Origin: Patescibacteria group bacterium
GTDB taxonomy: Bacteria > Patescibacteriota > Minisyncoccia > Portnoybacterales > UBA2143
Length of the DNA stretch: 64,000 bases
Direction of reading: 5' to 3'
Assembly (NCBI GenBank): GCA_018830295.1
Contig: JAHJSM010000001.1
Location: forward strand, 257,980 to 321,979
Shown here: positions 10,164-17,803 of the stretch, in pieces
How positions within the stretch are numbered: the first letter of the stretch is position 1
Layout of the letters: every line of letters begins with the position of its first letter
Position numbers and translations under genes: made by a program
Notes under the pieces: generated by a model
What the model was told of the DNA's origin: nothing
What the model saw: only the letters and a program-made list of their open reading frames with translations
The model's database searches: none

Positions 10164-12587
10164 TTACATAACCAAATTGACCAACCTTTCTGGAATATAA
10201 ATAACTTTTTTGGGTTTCTCGCCATCGGTCCACTTTTGTATTTTCTCCCGCGACAAAGCCAATTTTTCAATTTCCTTTTCGGAAATTCCCGCTTCAACTT
10301 CTATAATATCTCTCATTTTTCCGTTAATTTGAATAATAATCTTAACATTTTTTTCTTGAATAATTTCAGCGTCATAAGACGGCCATTTCTCTAAAAAGAT
10401 ACTCTTTTTATTACTCAACCTTTCCCACAATTCCTCCGCGATATGCGGCGCGAAAGGAGAAAGCAAAAGCAAAAACTTTTTCCAAACCTCCAAAGAAACA
10501 CTACCGCTTTTTTCCGCTTCGTTGGCGAAAATCATCATCTGACTGATCGCCGTATTAAATTTGAATTCCTCAATATCTTCTGTCACTTTTTTAATTGTTT
10601 TGTGCAAAAGTTTTTCCAAATTATTATCTTTTATATTATCTATCTTGTTCCCTCTTCGCCAAACCTTTTCCAAAAACCTTTTTACGCCCATAATCCCTTT
10701 TGTATTCCACGGCTTAGCGTCTTCAAGAGGCCCCATAAACATTTCGTAAAGACGCAAAATATCAGCGCCATATTCAGCGACAATCTTATCGGGATTAACG
10801 ACATTCCCCTTTGACTTGCTCATTTTAGTCCCGTCTTCGGCGAGAATCGTCCCTTGATGCCTCAACTTCAAAAACGGCTCATTAAAATCAACCAAACCAT
10901 ATTTTTGCAAAACCTTCGCAAAAAATCTCGCGTATAAAAGATGCAAAACAGAATGCTCCGCTCCGCCAACATAAATATCAACGGGCAACCATTTTTTTAG
11001 CGCCTTTTTCCCCGCGAACTCTTTGCTGTTTTTGGGGTCAGCGTATCTTAAATAATACCAAGACGAACAAACAAAAGTATCCATTGTGTCCGACTCCCTT
11101 TTCGCCGCCGCCCCGCATTTAGGGCATTTTACATTTTGAAATTTCTTCGCGTATTTAAGAGGCGATTCGCCAGTCGGCATAAAATCAACATCTCTTGGCA
11201 ACTTCACGGGTAAATCCTTCTCGGGAACAGGAACCGCCCCGCATTTTTCGCAGTAAATAATGGGAATAGGCGCCCCCCAATATCTTTGGCGACTCACTAG
11301 CCAATCTCTTAATTTGTAGTTAACAGTTCGCCCGCCCAATTTCTTCTTTTCCAGCCAATCAACTATTTTTTCCGTCGCCTTCTCTTTGTTCAACTCATCT
11401 AAAAAGGAGGAATTAATATGCGGACCATCGCCGACAAACGCTTCTTTTCCAACATCGCCCCCCTTAAGAACTTCAACGAGCGGCAATTTATATTTTGTCG
11501 CGAACTCCCAATCCCTTTGGTCATGCGCTGGAACCGCCATCACCGCGCCCGTCCCGTAATCAGCCAAAACATAATCGGCGATAAAGACAGGAATTTCCCC
11601 ACCGTTGACGGGATTAACCGCTAAAACGCCGTCTAATTTGACGCCCGTTTTTTCCTTCGCCAAATCAGTCCTTTCCAATTCGGTTTTTTTTCGCGCCTTA
11701 ATTCTATATTTCTCAACCTCGCTCCAATTTCTAATTGACTCCCTAAATTCTCCAACCAATGGATGCTCTGGAGAAAGGACGAAATACGAACAACCGAAAA
11801 GAGTGTCGGCGCGAGTCGTGTATATCCCAATTCCTTTTTCAAGGCCAAATTTTTCACTCTTCAATGAAAATTTAACCGCCGCCCCTTCTGACCTGCCAAT
11901 CCAGTTTTTTTGTATTTGCTTGGTTGACTCGGGCCAATCAACATCATCCAACCCGCTGATTAAACCTTTTATTTTCCTCCCCTTATAATTTTGGTCTTCA
12001 ATAAAGTCTGTTATCTTAAAAAACCATTGCTCCAAATCCTTTTGAATCACAGGACTCTCGCACCTTTCGCATTTCCCCCCTTCCGCCTGCTCATTCGCCA
12101 AGACCGTCTGACATTTCTCGCACCAATTAACTCTCGCTTTCTTTTTGTAAGCCAGCCCGTTTTTATAAAAAAGAAGAAAAAACCACTGCGTCCATTTATA
12201 ATATTCCGCCTCCGACGAATTAATCTCTCTTTCCCAATCGTAAGAAAAACCAAGTGAATTTATCTGCCGCTTAAAAACGCTTATCGCTTTTTTAACGGTC
12301 TCAGCCGGATGAATTCCCATCTTAATCGCGTAATTTTCCGCCGGCAAACCAAAAGCGTCCCACCCCTGCGGATACAAAACATTATACCCTCGCATCCTTG
12401 AAAAACGCGCGTAAATATCCGTCGCCGTATACGATTCCACATGCCCCATATGCAACCCGCTCCCCGAAGGATAAGGGAACATATCCAAAACATACCTCTT
12501 CTCCTTCAGTCGGCTTTGGTAAAGCCGAACAGCCGCCCATCTCTTCCGCCACTTCCCCTCAATTTTATTTGGATTATATTTCTCCAT
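10164..12587 (-). CDS. leuS: leucine--tRNA ligase
   Basis: MFPYPSG.GLHMGH, KMSKS, editing domain GTGAVMAVPAHD. Confidence 0.98.
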   Translation of the reverse strand: MEKYNPNKIEGKWRKRWAAVRLYQSRLKEKRYVLDMFPYPSGSGLHMGHVESYTATDIYARFSRMRGYNVLYPQGWDAFGLPAENYAIKMGIHPAETVKKAISVFKRQINSLGFSYDWEREINSSEAEYYKWTQWFFLLFYKNGLAYKKKARVNWCEKCQTVLANEQAEGGKCERCESPVIQKDLEQWFFKITDFIEDQNYKGRKIKGLISGLDDVDWPESTKQIQKNWIGRSEGAAVKFSLKSEKFGLEKGIGIYTTRADTLFGCSYFVLSPEHPLVGEFRESIRNWSEVEKYRIKARKKTELERTDLAKEKTGVKLDGVLAVNPVNGGEIPVFIADYVLADYGTGAVMAVPAHDQRDWEFATKYKLPLVEVLKGGDVGKEAFVGDGPHINSSFLDELNKEKATEKIVDWLEKKKLGGRTVNYKLRDWLVSRQRYWGAPIPIIYCEKCGAVPVPEKDLPVKLPRDVDFMPTGESPLKYAKKFQNVKCPKCGAAAKRESDTMDTFVCSSWYYLRYADPKNSKEFAGKKALKKWLPVDIYVGGAEHSVLHLLYARFFAKVLQKYGLVDFNEPFLKLRHQGTILAEDGTKMSKSKGNVVNPDKIVAEYGADILRLYEMFMGPLEDAKPWNTKGIMGVKRFLEKVWRRGNKIDNIKDNNLEKLLHKTIKKVTEDIEEFKFNTAISQMMIFANEAEKSGSVSLEVWKKFLLLLSPFAPHIAEELWERLSNKKSIFLEKWPSYDAEIIQEKNVKIIIQINGKMRDIIEVEAGISEKEIEKLALSREKIQKWTDGEKPKKVIYIPERLVNLVM

Positions 12588-12643
12588 ATTCTTATAATAA
12601 AATAATAACCCATTTCCGGGCTATTATCAAATAAAAACAATAT

Positions 12644-12668
12644 AATTCGGCTTTACTAAAGCCGAATT
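12644..12668. repeat. TTCGGCTTT-N3-AAAGCCGAA palindrome (family member)
   Basis: aattcggcttt-act-aaagccgaatt; related copies at 12510, 24871 and 38208. Confidence 0.75.
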
Positions 12669-13469
12669 TTACACCCCGAATAATTCTCTCGCGTTTTTTG
12701 TTGTTTGCGCGGCTATTTCTTCAAAACTGACGCCTTTTATTTCCGCCAATTTTTCCGCCACATATTTGACATAAAGCGGCTCATTTCTTTCTTTGCGATG
12801 CGGGACAGGGGATAAATATGGGCAGTCCGTTTCTAATAATATCTTTTCCAAAGGTATTTTTTTTATCATTTTATCATAATCCCGCGCGTAGGTGATAATT
12901 CCGTTAAAGCCCAAATGAAAACCCATTTCCAAAAACTTTTCCGCTTGCGGCAATCGTCCCATAAAGCAATGAATAACTCCCCGCAATTTTGGCGAACAAG
13001 AATGAGGACAATGAGCGCATCCAAAACTAAACATTTCCAACAATTCAATCAAGTCGTCATACGCCTTTCGGCAATGAAAAATTATGGGTTTACCCGCTTG
13101 CTGCGCTAATTCTACCTGCTGCGCCAAGACCTCTTTCTGTTTGTCTTTCGCTTCCTGGCTAATGCCATCGCCATATTCCAAACCAATCTCGCCCACCGCT
13201 ACCACTTTTGGATTTTTCAATAATTCCCCATACTTCCCTGCGTCAAAAACCTCCGCGACATGACTTGGGTGAAGCCCAACCGCGGCGTAAACCCCTTCTT
13301 TGTGTTTCTCCGCGTATTCAATCGCCCGACGGCTCGTGCTATACTGCGCCCCCGCGTTAATCATCCAAACCCCCGCCTCCAAAGCTCGTCCGATAACCGC
13401 CTCTCCGTCGTCTTTATAGGCGTTAAAATTTATGTGCGAATGCGTATCAAACAAAATTGGTTCTTTCAT
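12669..13469 (-). CDS. tatD: TatD family hydrolase
   Basis: DTHSH, GLHP, GEIGL, HCR, HCF, ETDCPYL. Confidence 0.95.
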   Translation of the reverse strand: MKEPILFDTHSHINFNAYKDDGEAVIGRALEAGVWMINAGAQYSTSRRAIEYAEKHKEGVYAAVGLHPSHVAEVFDAGKYGELLKNPKVVAVGEIGLEYGDGISQEAKDKQKEVLAQQVELAQQAGKPIIFHCRKAYDDLIELLEMFSFGCAHCPHSCSPKLRGVIHCFMGRLPQAEKFLEMGFHLGFNGIITYARDYDKMIKKIPLEKILLETDCPYLSPVPHRKERNEPLYVKYVAEKLAEIKGVSFEEIAAQTTKNARELFGV

Positions 13470-13545
13470 AAATGTATAATCGTATTGTTAAAAATTAAGT
13501 TTTGGTATAGAATAAATCAGGCGATAGAATAAATGAATTTATAAT

Positions 13546-13899
13546 ATGAAAGACGGGAATCACTTAATCCTTGATTTGAAAAATTGCGAAAAGATAGAAA
13601 AGCTTTCAAGTAAAAAATTCGTAGAGAACTTTATTTTTGAATTGGTAAAAATCGCGGAGATGAAAGCGATCATCAAACCGAAAGTGCTGTATTATGAACA
13701 CGAAGAAAAAGAAGAAAGCGGAGTCACCGGATTTGTCATAATCGCCGACAGCCATGTGAGCATCCACACTTATCCCTTCAAAGAATCCTTGTATCTTGAC
13801 TTATTTTCCTGCAAAAAATTCAATTCTCGGAAAATAGTCAATCTCGTTCAAAAAACTTTTGAACCAAAAAAATTAACCAAAAAACTAATTAAAAGATAG
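13546..13899 (+). CDS. speD: S-adenosylmethionine decarboxylase proenzyme family (class 1B)
   Basis: G.HLILD, GVTG..IIADSHVSIHTYP, DLFSC. Confidence 0.85.
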   Translation: MKDGNHLILDLKNCEKIEKLSSKKFVENFIFELVKIAEMKAIIKPKVLYYEHEEKEESGVTGFVIIADSHVSIHTYPFKESLYLDLFSCKKFNSRKIVNLVQKTFEPKKLTKKLIKR

Positions 13900-13907
13900 A
13901 GAATGAT

Positions 13908-15353
13908 TTACAACCGAGGGAAGAGCGCCTCGGTTTTTTTGTTTTGCTTGATTTGCTCTAAAATCTTTTCGGCCGTTCGCGGCATAAATGGTTTGAGCAA
14001 AATGGCGATTTCTTTTAGGGAAACGAGCAAATCCGAGATTACTTCATTAAACTTTTTTTCGTCGTTCTTTTGCAATTCCCATGGTTTGTTTTTTTCAACA
14101 TACTCATCGCAAACCGAAATTAATTTCCAAACCGCCTCCAACGCTTCATTAAATTTAATCTCCCCAAGCGCTTTTTTATAATTTTCTTTGGTTAATTTAA
14201 TCTCTTCTTCTATCTTATGATTTATGATTCCTGATTCCTGATTCATTTTTATTTTCTCCGCCAAGGTTAAAACCCGGCTAACCAAATTCCCCAACCCATT
14301 CGCCAAATCGGCATTGTATCTTTCTTTAAGCCGTTCGGCGCTAAAATCACCATCTTCTGTGCTGGAAAATTCTCGCAAAACATAATAACGAACAACTTCG
14401 GCTCCGTATTTTTCAACAACATCAAAAGGATTAACAACATTGCCGATTGACTTGGACATTTTTTGCCCTTCAGAAGTAAAATACCCGTGAATAAAGACCT
14501 TTTTGGGCAAAGGCAGTTCGGCCGCCAAAAGCATCGCTGGCCACAAAAGAGTATGAAATCGCAAAATGTCTTTTCCGACGCAATGGATATCAGCCGGCCA
14601 ATACCGCTCAAAATTCTTTTCATTGCCGCCATATCCAAGCGCGGAAATATAATTGCAAAGCGCCTCAAACCAGACATAAATCGTTTGCGAAGCGTCCTTT
14701 TCAACGGGAATTCCCCAAGTAAGATTTTCCTTGGGTCGAGAGATACTCACATCCTCAACCCCTTGTTTAATTAAACCCAAAATCTCTTTTTTCCTTTTTT
14801 CGGGGACAATGCCTAATTCATTTTTTTCAATCATCTCCTTTACTCTCGGAATGTATTTTGATAATTTGAAAAAATAGTTTTCTTCCTCTAAAACATCTGG
14901 TTCTTTTTTGTGTATCGGGCATTTGCCGTCAACCAAATCGCTTTGATTAAGATACGCCTCGCACCCGGCGCAATAAAGCCCCTCGTATTTTCCTTTATAA
15001 ATATCTCCTTTGCTATTCAAAATATCCCAGATTTTATAAACAGACGGCCAATGGCGTTTTGAGTCGCTTGTTCTAATAAAATCATCGTTTGATATATTCA
15101 AAACCTCTGTTAATCTCTTAAATTCAGATGTGTTCTCGTCAATAAGCGCCTGAACAGATTTCCCGGTTTTTTCAGCCGTCCTAACTATTTTTATCCCATG
15201 CTCATCCGCCCCCGTTAAAAAGAAAACATCATCCCCCAACTGACGATAATAGCGCGCCAAAACATCCGCCTGAACCATCTCCAAGGCATGTCCAATATGA
15301 GGAACCGAATTAACATAAAAAATACTGGTGGTGATATAGAATTTATTCTTCAT
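13908..15353 (-). CDS. metG: methionine--tRNA ligase (short form)
   Basis: YVN..PHIGH, DEHG, YVWFEAL, KMSKS. Confidence 0.97.
   Translation of the reverse strand: MKNKFYITTSIFYVNSVPHIGHALEMVQADVLARYYRQLGDDVFFLTGADEHGIKIVRTAEKTGKSVQALIDENTSEFKRLTEVLNISNDDFIRTSDSKRHWPSVYKIWDILNSKGDIYKGKYEGLYCAGCEAYLNQSDLVDGKCPIHKKEPDVLEEENYFFKLSKYIPRVKEMIEKNELGIVPEKRKKEILGLIKQGVEDVSISRPKENLTWGIPVEKDASQTIYVWFEALCNYISALGYGGNEKNFERYWPADIHCVGKDILRFHTLLWPAMLLAAELPLPKKVFIHGYFTSEGQKMSKSIGNVVNPFDVVEKYGAEVVRYYVLREFSSTEDGDFSAERLKERYNADLANGLGNLVSRVLTLAEKIKMNQESGIINHKIEEEIKLTKENYKKALGEIKFNEALEAVWKLISVCDEYVEKNKPWELQKNDEKKFNEVISDLLVSLKEIAILLKPFMPRTAEKILEQIKQNKKTEALFPRL
14216..14246 (-). repeat. degenerate heptamer tandem repeat inside metG
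   Basis: minus strand atgaatc-aggaatc-aggaatc-ataaatc-ata, read as MNQESGIINH. Confidence 0.6.
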
Positions 15354-16206
15354 TTTTTAAACAAAAACTATCCAACGGACTGCGAATATTTTTTAATTTA
15401 TTGGTAGCCACCTTCGTATAAATTTGTGTTGTTTCTAACCTTTTATGCCCCAATAATTCTTGAATATATCTTATACTTACACCGCTTTCAAGTAAATGCG
15501 TCGCGAAACTATGCCGTAAACTATGGCAACTGACTTGCTTTTTTATGCCAGATTTTTTTAACGCGCTACTAAAAGTTTTTTGAACTGCCCGTTCCGTTAA
15601 TTTCCCTCCTCTCAAACTTTCAAAAACATAATTATTAGCTTCTTTGGTTTTGATATATTTCTCCAAAACACCCGCAACTTTTTCAGATAAAATAGTTATT
15701 CTATCTTTCGCTCCTTTGGCTTGCCTAATTCTAACTGCTCTGCCGCCAAAATCCAAATCTTGAACCTTAACATTAACAACCTCTGAAACGCGCAGCCCAG
15801 ACGAATACATTAAAGCCAATAATAATTTGTGTTTAACATTTTGAACAGTGGCTAAAATATTCGCTATTTCTTTTTTGCTTAAAACTTCCGGCAATCTCTT
15901 TGCCTTTTTGGCTCTTGGTATATTTATAAAAAATTTTCGGCGGAGAATTTTCTCAAAATAAAATTTCAACGCGCTATAGGCGGTATTTAAGGTCGAACTT
16001 GATTTTCTATTATCGGATAATTTTTCCAAATAAATTCTAATGTCCGCCGTGTTAATTGTTTTCGGATTTTTATTTGCGAATTTTAATATGTTCGTGATAT
16101 AATACAGGTAGGATTTAATAGTTTTATCGCTGAACCTCCGCAATTTCATTTCCTGCTTTAATTGCAATATTGGATTCTTGCTCGGATATTGATAATTACT
16201 GTTCAT
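15343..16206 (-). CDS. integron-integrase-like / XerA-like tyrosine recombinase without the I2 insertion
   Basis: SAM-like N-terminus (YS..T...Y type), LPEVLS..E, GLRVSE, AKGAKDR, HSLRHSFATHLLE, LLGH, TQIY, SPLD end. Confidence 0.92.
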   Translation of the reverse strand: MNSNYQYPSKNPILQLKQEMKLRRFSDKTIKSYLYYITNILKFANKNPKTINTADIRIYLEKLSDNRKSSSTLNTAYSALKFYFEKILRRKFFINIPRAKKAKRLPEVLSKKEIANILATVQNVKHKLLLALMYSSGLRVSEVVNVKVQDLDFGGRAVRIRQAKGAKDRITILSEKVAGVLEKYIKTKEANNYVFESLRGGKLTERAVQKTFSSALKKSGIKKQVSCHSLRHSFATHLLESGVSIRYIQELLGHKRLETTQIYTKVATNKLKNIRSPLDSFCLKNEE

Positions 16207-16237
16207 AGTATTGTTATGATCGGAAGTTAATGCGATT

Positions 16238-16266
16238 ATTTTATCTCGTTTGTCAAATCAAGTCAA
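16238..16266 (-). promoter_or_regulatory. integrase promoter TTGACT-17-TAAAAT
   Basis: near-consensus hexamers; the -35 abuts the recombination-site candidate. Confidence 0.6.
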
Positions 16267-16299
16267 TAAGTTCGTATATAACTTGTTATACGCAATCGG
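16266..16299 (+). other. putative attI-like simple recombination site (lox/dif-like)
   Basis: ataagttcgtata-taacttgt-tatacgcaatcgg; left arm matches loxP at 12/13; shares tgttatacgcaat with the site at 16883. Confidence 0.7.
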
Positions 16300-16345
16300 C
16301 ACGGGGCACTATAAAAGCAAAAATTATAAAAGGAATGATATTCTT

Positions 16346-16714
16346 ATGAATAATATGGCTCAAAAATCAAAATATCAAATTTATCAAATAGCAAAATTTG
16401 TTATTCTTTCAGTTATAATAATTTATTTTTTGTATTTCAAGATGCATATCCCTGTAACCCTTGTTTTAATTCTCGAAATTTTACTTTTTATTAAACTTCT
16501 TCCGATTACAAAATTTGTTGAAGGAAAAATTATTAGATATTACCCAAAATATGACAACTTCAATATTTGGATAAAACGTTTAATCTTGTTAGTTTCCTGG
16601 ATTTTGATTTTTATAATTCTAAAATTTATTATTGTTAATATCATAATGATTAAAATATTGAATATACCTGTTGAACAACAGATTTATGATTTCATTAACA
16701 AAACTGCTAAATAA
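16346..16714 (+). CDS. cassette-like gene 1: AT-rich membrane protein
   Basis: ATG at 16346 (or 16355) inside the longer ORF, three hydrophobic segments, bracketed by the att-like sites. Confidence 0.7.
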   Translation: MNNMAQKSKYQIYQIAKFVILSVIIIYFLYFKMHIPVTLVLILEILLFIKLLPITKFVEGKIIRYYPKYDNFNIWIKRLILLVSWILIFIILKFIIVNIIMIKILNIPVEQQIYDFINKTAK

Positions 16715-16806
16715 TTTTTGCAGATAAAAAAATGACGTGCCCCGTGCCGACTTCTCCGCTTCGCTCCGACCACGCCTTGCAGGCTCTCCTCCTTTCAGTC
16801 GTCGGG

Positions 16807-16895
16807 GCGTATAACAAGGATTATGAGGAAAATTCCTGCTGAATTTTCCCAAATTTGCTTCGCAAACTTCTCATAATCCTGATGTTATACGCAAT
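16807..16895 (+). other. attC-like branched hairpin recombination site
   Basis: gcgtataaca/tgttatacgc (10 bp) plus aggattatgag/ctcataatcct (11 bp), 2-nt GA bulge, two inner hairpins, AAC...GTT ends. Confidence 0.75.
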
Positions 16896-16961
16896 TCAAA
16901 AAGCCTCTCTTTATTAATCAATTTAATAATTTTAGCAATTTATTTTTTTAACTAGACCAAT

Positions 16962-17504
16962 ATGAACGAGCTAAATCAAAAATTTACACCCTCCTTAGAA
17001 AAAATGGAAAAAGTAGAACCTCAAATCGAAACGGCAACAACCAAAAACATTAAGGATATTCAAAATTTGAATAGACTGTTGTTTGAAGAAGAGTTCGTTA
17101 AATACGACAAAACTATTAATTGTGATTGGCCATTATCTCAAGATGGGGAAGATTTTTACAAAGAAAGAGTTGAGAGCAAAAAAGGCTGCGCTTTTGTTTT
17201 AAAAATTAACGAGAAGATTGTTGGTTATCTTGCTGGAAGCTTGTCGGAAAATGAATTTTATAGAAATGTAGATAGTTTTGCTGAGTTAGATGATATGTAT
17301 ATCATAGAAGAACATAGAAGAGCTGGACATGGTAAAAAACTTTATGATGCTTTCATTGGTTGGTGTAAAGAAAACGCCGTCAAAAGAATTAAAGTACTTG
17401 TCACAGCTAGAAATACCCAAGCTATCAAATTTTATAAAACCCAAGGATTTAATGACTACAATGTCACCTTGGAATCTGATATTGACCAGTTAAATAAATT
17501 GTAA
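16962..17504 (+). CDS. cassette-like gene 2: GNAT acetyltransferase
   Basis: KIVGY, motif A HRRAGHGKKL, N..AIKFY...GF. Confidence 0.9.
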   Translation: MNELNQKFTPSLEKMEKVEPQIETATTKNIKDIQNLNRLLFEEEFVKYDKTINCDWPLSQDGEDFYKERVESKKGCAFVLKINEKIVGYLAGSLSENEFYRNVDSFAELDDMYIIEEHRRAGHGKKLYDAFIGWCKENAVKRIKVLVTARNTQAIKFYKTQGFNDYNVTLESDIDQLNKL

Positions 17505-17545
17505 AAAATTATTATTAAACAAAAATAAACGCGATTTCGGTAAAC

Positions 17546-17578
17546 TAAAAAACCGTCTTATAGCAAGGCGGTTTTTTA
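17546..17578. terminator. bidirectional-type intrinsic terminator
   Basis: aaaaaaccgtctt-atagc-aaggcggtttttt between the converging GNAT and tRNA-like genes. Confidence 0.7.
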
Positions 17579-17581
17579 GCG

Positions 17582-17651
17582 TGGAGCCAAGGGGAATCGA
17601 ACCCCTCATTTCCGAGTGTCAAGCACGGAAACCTCGCCATGAGGTGGCCCC
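17582..17651 (-). tRNA. atypical tRNA-like RNA (G3:U70 acceptor, 11-nt anticodon loop; isotype unassignable)
   Basis: GGGGCCA/TGGCTCC-A acceptor, CCTC/GAGG D-arm with no 8-9 linker, TTCCG-TGCTTGACACT-CGGAA arm, AGGGG-TTCGATT-CCCCT T-arm. Confidence 0.75.
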
Positions 17652-17688
17652 TTAAACTCCACAGGAGCATAATATCATAAAAATAAAC

Positions 17689-17752
17689 AAAAAGAAAACC
17701 CGAGAAGTAATTCTCGGATTTTCGGAGAACGATTGTTTCCGTGCTTGACAAC
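17689..17752 (-). ncRNA. candidate ~63-nt sRNA antisense to the tRNA-like anticodon arm
   Basis: promoter directly upstream, 13-bp terminator hairpin plus U-run, 16-nt perfect complement of the tRNA-like arm at 17617-17632. Confidence 0.65.
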
Positions 17753-17756
17753 TATA

Positions 17757-17799
17757 AGCATAACAAAGTAACAAATATTGTCAAGCCCAATTATCCACA
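17757..17799 (-). promoter_or_regulatory. promoter TTGACA-16-(TG)TATGCT with a perfect DnaA box upstream
   Basis: -10 at 17757-62, -35 at 17779-84, TTATCCACA at 17791-99. Confidence 0.65.
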
Positions 17800-17803
17800 T
17801 CGC

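Noticed and set aside
16266-16299. Chromosomal dif site or engineered loxP contamination
   Set aside because: It lies ~44 kb from oriC, has no XerD arm and an imperfect right arm, and sits in a native context.
16250-16345. 5' extension of the cassette-1 ORF from a TTG
   Set aside because: It runs through the recombination site and promoter; ATG 16346 or 16355 is more plausible.
16619-16852. 77-aa minus-strand ORF
   Set aside because: It is a translation of the GC-rich att hairpin region with no protein features.
17505-17545. Second attC after the GNAT gene
   Set aside because: No GCGTATAAC-like arm or complement of the cassette start was found.
17545-17751. 68-aa minus-strand ORF over the tRNA-like gene and sRNA
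   Set aside because: Its TTG start lies at the predicted TSS, but it crosses a terminator and an RNA gene. A short leaderless peptide is not formally excluded.
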